Notes under the pieces: generated by a model
The model's database searches: none
Seen by the model: the letters and a program-made list of their open reading frames with translations, nothing else
Told to the model about the DNA's origin: nothing
In this document: positions 40,771 to 52,819 of the stretch, piece after piece
Layout of the letters: every line of letters starts with the position of its first letter
Position numbering within the stretch: position 1 is the stretch's first letter
Program-made: the position numbers and the translations under genes
NCBI GenBank assembly: GCA_964016885.1
Contig: OZ024766.1
Span: forward strand, 20,336,001 to 20,400,000
Source: Eledone cirrhosa
Lineage: Eukaryota
DNA length: 64,000 bases
Direction: 5' to 3'

Positions 40771-43130
40771 ATGTCACTGGACCGAGACCTTTGGCGGTAC
40801 TCAGTAATAGAGAAGACCCGCCTTACCTAAATACAAAGTAAAAACCTACTACAGTCAGTAGGCACCTCTATCAAAACACACCCCCGTCCCACCACCTCCA
40901 CCCCACCCACACCGCCCCTTTCAATGTAAAGTTATGTTGGTCCCACAACATCCAGGCCGAAACAAATGAGGTCGTGTAGGTGTCACGACAAAAAACACAC
41001 AGTCCACGCTGTAATGTGGCCATGTAGGCAACACGGTAAAAACCTCCCAGTCCACACTGTAAATGTGGTTGGTGTTAGGAAGGGCATCCAGCCGTAGAAA
41101 ACCCGCCAGACAGTCCACGCTGTAATGTGGCCGTGTAGGCAACACGGTAAAAACCTCCCAGCCCCACACTGTAAATGTGGTTGGTGTTAGGAAGGGCATC
41201 CAACTGTAGAAAACCCGCCAGACAGTCCACGCTGTAATGTGGCCGTGTAGGCAACACGGTAAAAACCTCCCAGCCCCACACTGTAAATGTGGTTGGTGTT
41301 AGGAAGGGCATCCAACTGTAGAAAACCCGCCAGACAGTCCACGCCGTAATGTGGCCGTGTAGGCAACACGGTAAAAACCTCCCAGCCCCACACTGTAAAT
41401 GTGGTTGGTGTTAGGAAGGGCATCCAGCTGTAGAAAACCCGCCAGACAGTCCACGCTGTAATGTGGCCGTGTAGGCAACACGGTAAAAACCTCCCAGCCC
41501 CACACTGTAAATGTGGTTGGTGTTAGGAAGGGCATCCAGCTGTAGAAAACCCGCCAGACAGTCCACGCTGTAATGTGGCCGTGTAGGCAACACGGTAAAA
41601 ACCTCCCAGCCCCACACTGTAAATGTGGTTGGTGTTGGGAAGGGCATCCAGCTGTAGAAAACCCGCCAGACAGTCCACGCTGTAATGTGGCCGTGTAGGC
41701 AACACGGTAAAAACCTCCCAGCCCCACACTGTAAATGTGGTTGGTGTTGGGAAGGGCATCCAGCTGTAGAAAACACGCCAGACAGTCCACGCTGTAATGT
41801 GGCCGTGTAGGCAACACGGTAAAAACCTCCCAGCCCCACACTGTAAATGTGGTTGGTGTTAGGAAGGGCATCCAACTGTAGAAAACCCGCCAGACAGTCC
41901 ACGCTGTAATGTGGCCGTGTAGGCAACACGGTAAAAACCTCCCAGCCCCACACTGTAAATGTGGTTGGTGTTGGGAAGGGCATCCAGCTGTAGAAAACCC
42001 GCCAGACAGTCCACGCTGTAATGTGGCCGTGTAGGCAACACGGTAAAAACCTCCCAGCCCCACACTGTAAATGTGGTTGGTGTTAGGAAGGGCATCCAGC
42101 TGTAGAAAACCCGCCAGACAGTCCACGCTGTAATGTGGCCGTGTAGGCAACACGGTAAAAACCTCCCAGCCCCACACTGTAAATGTGGTTGGTGTTGGGA
42201 AGGGCATCCAGCTGTAGAAAACCCGCCAGACAGTCCACGCTGTAATGTGGCCGTGTAGGCAACACGGTAAAAACCTCCCAGCCCCACACTGTAAATGTGG
42301 TTGGTGTTGGGAAGGGCATCCAGCTGTAGAAAACCCGCCAGACAGTCCACGCTGTAATGTGGCCGTGTAGGCAACACGGTAAAAACCTCCCAGCCCCACA
42401 CTGTAAATGTGGTTGGTGTTGGGAAGGGCATCCAGCTGTAGAAAACCCGCCAGACAGTCCACGCTGTAATGTGGCCGTGTAGGCAACACGGTAAAAACCT
42501 CCCAGCCCCACACTGTAAATGTGGTTGGTGTTGGGAAGGGCATCCAGCTGTAGAAAACCCGCCAGACAGTCCACGCTGTAATGTGGCCGTGTAGGCAACA
42601 CGGTAAAAACCTCCCAGCCCCACACTGTAAATGTGGTTGGTGTTGGGAAGGGCATCCAGCTGTAGAAAACCCGCCAGACAGTCCACGCTGTAATGTGGCC
42701 GTGTAGGCAACACGGTAAAAACCTCCCAGCCCCACACTGTAAATGTGGTTGGTGTTAGGAAGGGCATCCAGCTGTAGAAAACCCGCCAGACAGTCCACGC
42801 TGTAATGTGGCCGTGTAGGCAACACGGTAAAAACCTCCCAGCCCCACACTGTAAATGTGGTTGGTGTTAGGAAGGGCATCCAGCTGTAGAAAACCCGCCA
42901 GACAGTCCACGCTGTAATGTGGCCGTGTAGGCAACACGGTAAAAACCTCCCAGACCCACACTGTAAATGTGGTTGGTGTTAGGAAGGGCATCCAACTGTA
43001 GAAAACCCGCCAGACAGTCCTATGCGAGCAAGACAACCACTCTTGCCTCAAGTGGGACTACCCCCGTCCAAACCCATGCAAGCGTGGAACACGGACGCTA
43101 AACCTGATGATGATGATGATGATGATGATG
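40771..43130 (+). mobile_element. 5'-truncated RTE-like element with 112-bp array (~41050-43020) in its 3' UTR and (TGA)n tail
   Basis: Begins with SLDRDLWRYSVIEKTR, matching the ORF end at 55276-55503; tail at 43108-43130; duplicated flank. Confidence 0.75.
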
Positions 43131-43257
43131 ATATATATTGTATGTCAGGTAATAGGTTAGTACATATATATATATATTGTATGTCAGGTAATAGGTTAGT
43201 ACATATATATATATATATATTGTATGTCAGGTAATAGGTTAGTATATATATAGATTG

Positions 43258-44328
43258 CATGCCTACACGGCCACATTACAGCGTGGACTGTGTGTTTTTT
43301 TGTCGTGACACCTACACTACCTCATTTGTTTCGGACTGGATGGTGTTGTACCAACATAACTTTACAGAGAAAGGGGTGGTGTAGATGGGGGTGGGGGTAG
43401 TGGGACGGGGGTGTATTTTGTTAGAGGTGCCTACTGACTGTAGTAGGTTTTACTTTGTATTTAGGTAAGGCGGGTCTTCTGTATTACTGAGTACCGCCAA
43501 AGATCTCGGTCCAGTGACATATATATATACATATATCATCATCATCATCATCATCATCGTCGTTTAGCGTCCGTGTTCCACGCTAGCATGGGTTTGGACG
43601 GGAGTTTTCCCACTTGAGGCAAGAGTGGTTGTCTCGCTCGTATAGGACTGTCTGGCAGGTTTTCTACGGCTGGATGCCCTTCCTAACACCAACCACATTT
43701 ACAGTGTGGGGCTGGGAGGTTTTTACCGTGTTGCCTACACGGCCACATTACAGCGTGGACTGTCTGGCGGGTTTTCTACAGCTGGATGCCCTTCCTAACA
43801 CCAACCACGTTTACAGTGTGGAACTGGGAGGTTTTACTGGATGTTGTGGGACCAACATAACTTCACATTGAAAGGGTGGTGTGGATGGGGTGGGGTAGTG
43901 GGATGGGGGTGTATTTTGTTAGAGGTGCCTACTGACTGTAGTAGGTTTTACTTTGTATTTAGGTAAGGCGGGTCTTCTCTATTACTGTATAGCGCCAAAG
44001 ATCTCGGTCCAGTGACATATATCATCGTCGTTTAACGTCCATCTTCCACGCTAGCATGGGTTTGGACGGGAGTTTTCCCACTTGAGGCAAGAGTGGTTGT
44101 CTCGCTCGCATAGGACTGTCTGGCGGGTTTTCTACAGCTGGATGCCCTTCCTAACACCAACCACATTTACAGTGTGGAACTGGGAGGTTTTACTGGATGT
44201 TGTGGGACCAACATAACTTCACATTGAAAGGGGGTGGTGTGGATGGAGTGGGGGTAGTGGGACGGGGGGTGTATTTTTGGTTAAGAGGTGCCTACTGACT
44301 GTAGTAGGTTTCACTTTGTACTTAGGTA
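43258..44328 (-). mobile_element. Three partial inverted copies of the same RTE-like 3' end
   Basis: Reverse complement of 40771-41050 and 43020-43100. Confidence 0.75.
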
Positions 44329-44331
44329 GTA

Positions 44332-44389
44332 ACACTACGCACATTTCTGTGGCCAGGTTGCAAAAGAACCTGATGACATCTTCAGGTGT
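44332..44389 (-). ncRNA. Degenerate type I hammerhead ribozyme motif
   Basis: Minus strand reads ACAC-CTGAAGA-TGTcaTCAGGTT(cttttgc)AACCTGGccACA-GAAA-TGTGCG-T-A-GTGT. Confidence 0.55.
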
Positions 44390-44572
44390 AAATTGCATAA
44401 TAGCTGTATACCAACGGAAGGAAGGTAAACTTTAAGGACACGAGCAAAGAAAAAATAAAAACTATTCTTATCATTCCTAGCCATCCATGTAAAAGATGGA
44501 ATACGGGTGATGGGAACAGCTACAAAAAAAAACACAAGGAGTAGAAGAAAGACGAGAAAAATGTAAGGTTAC

Positions 44573-44701
44573 CTGACAGTTTCATACAGACACCGGTCTG
44601 TGAGAATTCAGGGTCGCTGACCTTCACAACGTCAACTTCATCCCCTAATTTCACAGTGATGGTCACCTGGTCCTCTGTCTGGTTCCAGTCGTATTTGAGA
44701 C
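44573..44701 (-). CDS. USP19: USP19-like exon 2, CS domain 1 start (LKYDWNQTEDQVTITVKL...)
   Basis: cag|GT...TCAG|gtaacc, phase 1-1; YDWxQTxDxVTI is the CS/p23 domain signature. Confidence 0.88.
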
Positions 44702-44799
44702 CTGTACAGAGAGAGAGAGGAATGGAGAATAGTCAAATCCGAGCAACGCCGGGTACTTCTACGAGTATATAATAAAAGTGTAAACAATATATAACTAGA

Positions 44800-44807
44800 T
44801 ATGTATG

Positions 44808-44863
<56 letters not shown>

Positions 44864-45061
44864 CATATATATATACATACATTATACATACATATTTATA
44901 TATACACATACACATATATATATATATATAATAAAAGTGTAACCTATATACCTGAATAAATATATATATTTATATATATATACACGCACACACATATCTA
45001 TATATACATATATTTATATATACAAACATATATATATATATAAATATATATAAATATATAT

Positions 45062-45105
<44 letters not shown>

Positions 45106-45207
45106 ATACATATATATATATATAGTAAAAGTGAAACCTATATACCCGGATAAAGAGTTTTATATATATATATATATATATACACACATTCATATTCCTA
45201 TATTTAT

Positions 45208-45250
<43 letters not shown>

Positions 45251-45296
45251 TACAAATTTATATATATATTTCAAGCATTAAACTAATATATTTTTT

Positions 45297-45334
<38 letters not shown>

Positions 45335-45412
45335 GTGTGTGTATATTATATTATATAGACGAGGTTATAGTATTATCTATATTCTCGTATATACACCCAT
45401 CAAAATATTAAG

Positions 45413-45451
<39 letters not shown>

Positions 45452-45874
45452 TACAGATTATATAATGGGTGTATATACATGAGTATATTATATATATATG
45501 TATATATATACATGTATATATTATATATATATGTGTATATATATAATATATATATACATATATATGTAAGATATTGAAAACAAAGCGAGGTTTCACATTG
45601 GTAAACCACCGTATATATATATATATATATATACACATGTATATATATATGTATATATACACTTTACACTATATATATATACATATATATATATACTATA
45701 TACACACAATATACACTATATATACACTTTAGACACTATATACATAATATACACTTTAGACACTATATATACACTATACACTATATATACACACACTGTA
45801 CACACTTTACACACTATATATACACTCTACACACTATATATACACCCTACATATATAGTGTATAGTATACCAAC

Positions 45875-45906
<32 letters not shown>

Positions 45907-46049
45907 CACTATATACACCCTATTCACACACTATACACACTAAACACGCGACACACTATATACACTACACACTATATATACACTCTAGACACTATATATA
46001 CACTCTACATACTATATACACACCCTACATATATAGTGTATAGTATACC

Positions 46050-46092
<43 letters not shown>

Positions 46093-46950
46093 CACTATAT
46101 ACACCCACTATATACACAAAACACGCGACACACTATATACACTACACAATATATATACACTCTAGACACTATATACACACTATATATACACTCTACATAC
46201 TATATACACTACACAATATATATACACTCTAGACACTATATATACACTCTACATACTATATACACACCCTACATATATAGTGTATAGTATACCAACTATA
46301 TATATATATATATATGTATATATATACACTATATACACCCACTATATACACTAAACACGCGACACACTATATACACTACACAATATATATACACTGTAGA
46401 CACTATATACTATATATACACACTGTATACTCACTGTACACACTATATATACACTCTACACACTGTATACTCACTATAAACACTCTATATACACTCTACA
46501 CACTATATACACACTATATACTCACTATACACACTGTATACTCACTATAAACACTCTATATACACTCTACACACTATATACACTCTACACACTGTATACT
46601 CACTATAAACACTCTACACACTATATACTCACTATACACACTGTATACTCACTATACACACTGTATACTCACTATAAACACTCTACACACTATATACACA
46701 CTGTATACTCACTCTACACACTATATACTCACTATACACACTCTACACACTGTATACTCACTATACACACTCTATATACACTCTACACACTGTATACACA
46801 CTCTATACACACTCTACACACTCTACACACTGTATACTCACTATACACACTCTATATACACTCTACACACTGTATACTCACTATACACACTCTATATACA
46901 CTCTACACACTGTATACACACTATACACACTCTATACCCTATATATATAC
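44800..46950. repeat. (TA)n and TACAC-type low-complexity region with short tandem duplications
   Basis: Direct reading. Confidence 0.85.
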
Positions 46951-46954
46951 TTAC

Positions 46955-46994
46955 GTTTATACAGGAGGCCGGAACCATCCCGGAAACAATCCAT
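46955..46994 (-). CDS. USP19: USP19-like, putative first coding segment (MDCFRDGSGLLYK); true start uncertain
   Basis: Strong donor AAAC|gtaagt at 46954 in phase 1, matching the next exon. ATG in gacATGg context, but the frame stays open further upstream into a minisatellite. Confidence 0.5.
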
Positions 46995-47042
46995 GTCCTT
47001 CTTACGTTTGGTGAGGTTAAAGGTAGTGGAGGCCGTTGTAGA

Positions 47043-48600
47043 AGTCCTTGTGGTAGCACTGGGGTGGTATAGGTCCTTGTGGTGGCACTGGGGGTGGTAT
47101 AGGTCCTTGTGGTGGCACTGGGGTGGTATAGGTCCTTGTGGTGGCACTGGGGGTGGTATAGGTCCTTGTGGTGGCACTGGGGTGTGGTATAGGTCCTTGT
47201 GGTAGCACTGGGGGTGGTATAGGTCCTTGTGGTGGCACTGGGGGTGGTATAGGTCCTTGTGGTGGCACTGGGGGTGGTATAGGTCCTTGTGGTGGCACTG
47301 GGGGTGGTATAGGTCCTTGTGGTGGCACTGGGGGTGGTATAGGTCCTTGTGGTAGCACTGGGGGTGGTATAGGTCCTTGTGGTGGCACTGGGGGTGGTAT
47401 AGGTCCTTGTGGTGGCACTGGGGGTGGTATAGGTCCTTGTGGTGGCACTGGGGGTGGTATAGGTCCTTGTGGTGGCACTGGGGGTGGTATAGGTCCTTGT
47501 GGTGGCACTGGGGGGTGGTATAGGTCCTTGTGGTAGCACTGGGGGTGGTATAGGTCCTTGTGGTGGCACTGGGGGTGGTATAGGTCCTTGTGGTGGCACT
47601 GGGGGTGGTATAGGTCCTTGTGGTGGCACTGGGGGTGGTATAGGTCCTTGTGGTGGCACTGGGGGTGGTATAGGTCCTTGTGGTAGCACTGGGGGTGGTA
47701 GAGCTGTTTGTGGTGGCACTGGGGGTGGTATAGGTCCTTGTGGTGGCACTGGGGGTGGTATAGGTCCTTGTGGTAGCACTGGGGGGTGGTATAGGTCCTT
47801 GTGGTAGCACTGGGGGTGGTAGAGCTGTTTGTGGTGGCACTGGGGGTGGTATAGGTCCTTGTGGTGGCACTGGGGTGGTATAGGTCCTTGTGGTAGCACT
47901 GGGGGTGGTATAGGTCCTTGTGGTAGCACTGGGGGTGGTATAGGTCCTTGTGGTAGCACTGGGCGTGGCAGAGGTCCTTGTGGTAGCACTGGGGGTGGTA
48001 TAGGTACTTGTGGTAGCACTGGGGGTGGTATAGGTCCTTGTGGTAGCACTGGGGGGGGTAGAGGTCCTTGTGGTAGCACTGGGGGGTGGTAGAGGTCCTT
48101 GTGGTAGCACTGGGGGGTGGTAGAGGTCCTTGTGGTAGCACTGGGGGGGGTAGAGGTCCTTGTGGTGGTAGTGGGGGGTGACAGAGGTCCTTGTGGTGGC
48201 ACTGGGGGAGTAGCGGTCCTTGATGTAGCACTGAGGGTGGTTTAGGTCCTTGTGGTGACACTGGGGTGGCAGAGGTCCTTGTGGTAGCACTGGGGGAGTA
48301 GAAGTCCTTGTGGTAGCACTGGGGGTGACAGAGGTCCTTGTGGTAGCACTGGGGGTGGTAGAGGAGGTTTATAGGGCCCTGGGGGAGTAGCGGTCCTTGT
48401 GGTAGCACTGAGGGTATTAGAGGTCCTTGTGGTGGCACTGGGGGCAGTTAGAGGTTTTTGTGTTAGACCTGCGGGTAGTAGAGGTGTTTGTGGTGGCACT
48501 GGAGGTGGCAGAGGAGGTTTATAGGGCCCTGAGGTAGTAGAGGTTCTTATGGTAACCCAGGTGGTAGCAGAGGTCCTTGTGGCAGCCCTGGTGGTAGTAG
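47043..48600. repeat. 30-bp G-rich minisatellite (GGTCCTTGTGGTGGCACTGGGGGTGGTATA), degenerating to the right
   Basis: Direct reading; G-run length varies. Confidence 0.93.
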
Positions 48601-48947
48601 AGCTCTTGTGAGGTCCCCTGGGTGTCTAGTACTGTAGCCTGTGTTGTCTTTGGGTGTAGTGGAGCGTGGTATATCTCTGGTTGTGGTGGAGGTACTTGTG
48701 AAGTCCGTGTATTTGTAGACGAGGTCCTTATCTCACTGGGTCTAGTGGAGTTTGTGATTTTCCTGGGTCTGTAGTCGCACTGAAGCCTGTGTTGTCCCTG
48801 GTTATAATATGGGTCCTTGTCCCTGGGTCTAGTGGAGGTTGATATATTTGTTGGTGTAGTAGAAGCTGTGATGTCTCTGGGTCTCAAGATGTACTAGGGT
48901 GTCCCTAGGCTTATGTGTGGGTGTAGTGTAGGGTGGTATAGGACCTT

Positions 48948-50015
48948 AGTGAAGGACCTTATTATATCTGTTGTGGGTACAGTGGAGGGTGGTATATCTC
49001 TAGATGCAACAGTGAAGGACCTTATATCTGTTGTGGGTACAGTGTAGGGTGGTATATCTCTAGATGCAGCAGTGAAGGACCTTATATCTGTTGTGGGTAC
49101 AGTGTAGGGTGGTATATCTCTAGATGCAGCAGTGAAGGACCTTATATCTGTTGTAGGTACAGTGTAGGGTCGTATATCTCTAGATGCAGCAGTGAAGGAC
49201 CTTATATATGTTGTGGGTATAGTGTAGGGTCGTATATCTCTAGATGCAGCAGTGAAGGACCTTATATCTGTTGTGGGTACAGTGTAGGGTGGTATATCTC
49301 TAGATGCAGCAGTGAAGGACCTTATATCTGTTGTGGGTACAGTGTAGGGTGGTATATCTCTAGATGCAGCAGTGAAGGACCTTATATATGTTGTGGGTAC
49401 AGTGTAGGGTGGTATATCTCTAGATGCAGCAGTGAAGGACCTTATATCTGTTGTGGGTACAGTGTAGGGTCGTATATCTCTAGGTGCAGCAGTGAAGGAC
49501 CTTATATATGTTGTGGGTACAGTGTAGGGTCGTATATCTCTAGGTGCAGCAGTGAAGGACCTTATATCTGTTGTGGGTACAGTGTAGGGTCGTATATCTC
49601 TAGATGCAGCAGTGAAGGACCTTATATATGTTGTGGGTACAGTGTAGGGTGGTATATCTCTAGATGCAGCAGTGAAGGACCTTATATCTGTTGTGGGTAC
49701 AGTGTAGGGTGGTATATCTCTAGATGCAGCAGTGAAGGACCTTATATCTGTTGTGGGTACAGTGTAGGGTGGTATATCTCTAGATGCAGCAGTGAAGGAC
49801 CTTATATCTGTTGTGGGTACAGTGTAGGGTGGTATATCTCTAGATGCAGCAGTGAAGGACCTTATATATGTTGTAGGTGTAGTGTAGGGTCGTATATCTC
49901 TAGGTGCAGCAGTGAAGGACCTTATATCTGTTGTGGGTACAGTGTAGGGTCGTATATCTCTAGATGCAGCAGTGAAGGACCTTATATATGTTGTGGGTAC
50001 AATGTAGGGTGGTAT
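48948..50015. repeat. 60-bp minisatellite, ~17-18 units
   Basis: Line-by-line periodicity. Confidence 0.95.
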
Positions 50016-52669
50016 TTGCGACTGTAGCGGAGGTCCTTATCTCTCTCTTTGTAAGTGAGGAGGTCGTAAATCCGTGAGAACAAGAAGCTATGGTGACATG
50101 CGCCGTTTTTCTTCTTGTTGATGATGATGGTGATGGTAAAACCCCTCCTAATGCCGATGTTATTGATGATGATGGTAGTGATGGTAGTGGAGGAGGTGGT
50201 GGTATGGAGGAGGTGGTGGTGTTGTTGCTGGTAAAAAAAAAAAAAAAATCCCTGCTAATGGTGATATTATTGTTGCTGGTGGTGATGATGATGGTGATGA
50301 TGATGGTGATGATGATGGTGGTGGTATTGTTGAAGGCGGCGGCGATTGCGGTTGTTTTTGTGGTGGTGTTGGTAGTGGTGGTGGTGGTTGTTGGTAAATA
50401 ACCCGCCTAAAGCTGCTGTTGTTATTGTTGTGTTAATGATGATGATGATAATAATGCTTATTGCGGTGGTGGTGGTGGTGGTGGTATTCCTAATACAGTT
50501 GTAGATGGTGATGATGGTGGTGGTGGTGGTGGTGGTATTCCTAATACAGTTGTAGATGATGATGATGGTGGTGGTGGTGGTGGTATTCCTAATACAGTTG
50601 TAGATGATGGTGGTGGTGGTGGTGGTGGTGGTGGTAAAGAAAGTAAAAAGAGAAAGAGAAGCCGACGATTGCTGCTGTTGTCCTGGTAATAATCCTAATG
50701 TTGTTGATGATGATGATGCTGATGACGAAGCTGTTACTGGTGGCGGCGGCGGTGGAGGTGGCGGCGATGGTGGTAATAGTCCTAATCCCGTTGATATTGC
50801 TGCTGGTGGTGGTGATGATGATGATGATGATGGTAGCGATGCTGTTGTGGTGACAGAGCTACCGTTGTTGTTGTTGGTGGTGGTGGTGGTGGTGTTGTTA
50901 ATAGAGATGGTGGTGGTGGTGGAGAAGACGAAGAAGTAGCTGAAAGATGGCGACGGCGGTGACGGAAATGGAACTCTTCTGTGTAAAGAACCTCCTCCTA
51001 TGGTTGTTGTTACTGTCGTTGTAGCTATTGCTGCTACTGTTGTTGTTGTTACTGCTGCTGTTGCTATCAATAATGAGTGGGGCGGCGGGAAAGACGCAGC
51101 AGTACTATACTAACTGTAGTAGTAGTAGTAGTAATAATACGAGACGGAAGTGGAACTCTTCTGTGTCAAGCCATCTTCTCCTGTAGTTGCTCTGGTTCTC
51201 CTTGTTACTAATGCTGCTGCTGTAGCTGTTACTACTGCTGTTGTTGTTGTTGTCGATGATGATTGCGGCGGCGTTTAAGACGCAGCAGTAGTAACTGTAA
51301 TAAGAGACGGCCGTAACGGAAGTGGAACTCTTCTGTGTAAAAACCTTGTGTTGTTGCTGTGGTTGTCCTTGTTACTACTGCTGCTGTTGCTGCTGCTGTT
51401 TCTACTTTGTTGTGGATGATGATGATGATGATGGGCGGCGGCGGCGGCGTTTAAGACGCAGCAGCAGTAGTAACTGTAAAAAGAAACGGCCGTAACGGAA
51501 CTAGAACTCTTCTGTGTAAAGCGTCAACCATTCTGTTGTGGTTCACCTTGTTACTATTGCTGCTACTGTTGTTGTTGTTGTTATTGCTACTGCTTATTAC
51601 GATGGTGGTGAGGGTGTATGCTGTGGCGGAAGAGGAGCAGTGAGAGGAGCTACAATAGACGCAGAAGCAGTAGTAGTTGTAGTGGTAATGTCAGAGGAAA
51701 AAAAAATGGCGACGGTGTTAACGGAACTAGAACTCTTCTGTGAAAAATCCTTTCCTCCTGCTGTTGTTGCAATAGTTCCTTATGATGATGGTGATGATGA
51801 TGATGATGCGTGCGGCGGCGTAAAAAGAGCTGCAATAAGAGTAGTAGTAGTGGTAGTAGTAATAGTAGTTGTAGCTGCTGTAATAGTAGTAGAAGTAGTA
51901 GTAACTGTTGTAGTAGTAGTAGCAGTACTGTAGGAGTAGTGGTCGTCGTAGTAGTAGTAGTAGTAGTGGTGGTGGTGGTAGCAACGCCGCCGCTGTTGCT
52001 GGTTTCTTTAATAATGGAGTTGGCGGCGATGGCGGATGTTGACTCAGTGGCGGCGGCGGCGCCAATTGTTATGTGTTACGGTGGTGGTGGAGGCGGCGGT
52101 TATGTTGGCCAGGCAACTGCTGCTGCTGCCGCTGCCGCTGGTAAAGACCTAGGAGGTGGTGGAGGAGGAGGAAGTAAATAAAGAAAGGTGAGAGTCCGCT
52201 CTGCCGTACAACGCCGAAGAATACTCGGCCAGTTCCGTCGTTTTTTTTTTCTTCGGCTTCCGTCATCATGATTGTGGTGGTGTTGCAGGTGGTAGTGGTG
52301 GTGGTGGGGATGTTGCTGGTGGTAGTGGAGGTGGTGGTGGTGGTGGTTATGGTGGAGGTGATGGTGTTGCAGGCGGTGATGGTGTTGGTGGTGGTGTTGC
52401 AGGTGGTGGTGGTGGTGGTGGTGGTAGTGATGGTGGTGGTGGTGGTGGTGATGTTGCAGGTGGTAGTGGTAGTGGTGGTGGTGGGGGAGAGAAAGAGAGA
52501 TGTGGAGAGTAAATGAGAGAGAGAAAGAGATATATTATAAGAGAGAGAGAGAGGAAAGAGAAAGAGAAAGTAAGAGATATATATAAAGAGAAAGAGTGTG
52601 AGAAGAAATGAATGTAAAAGAGAAAGAAAGAAAGAAAGAAAGGTTTAAGTTTAGGCAGTTCTTGTATTG

Positions 52670-52757
52670 ACTAATCAAAATGGCTGTTTCATATGACTGT
52701 CAGAAAGCAGCCAATCAGCGTACAGCTAACAGCCGGTTGTTGGCTTACACCAGAAAC
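52670..52757. promoter_or_regulatory. Putative bidirectional promoter of CBLL1 and USP19
   Basis: AGCCAATCAG NF-Y box (CCAAT at 52711-52715) and YY1-like AAAATGGC, plus AACATGGCGGC over the start codon; lies between divergent genes. Confidence 0.55.
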
Positions 52758-52773
52758 ATGGCGGCGGAAGAAG
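52758..52773 (+). CDS. CBLL1: CBLL1/Hakai exon 1 (MAAEE)
   Basis: aacATGG Kozak context, GAAG|gtaagt donor, phase 1 matches exon 2. Confidence 0.75.
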
Positions 52774-52819
52774 GTAAGTTTCTTATTTTTGATAATTCTA
52801 ACTGGAAACTGGTTTTCTT

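Noticed and set aside
43106-43130. CTGATGA core matches at 43106, 24476 and 25006
   Set aside because: Part of (TGA)n microsatellites, with no stem II or GAAA
44370-44402. Plus-strand hammerhead at CTGATGA-CATC-TTCA-GGTG
   Set aside because: Has TAAA instead of GAAA and no stem I; the minus-strand reading fits better
44737-44768. Second Helitron 3' end
   Set aside because: Hairpin-like CCGAGCAACGCCGGG is present but the CTAG is degenerate and no other element sequence is recognisable
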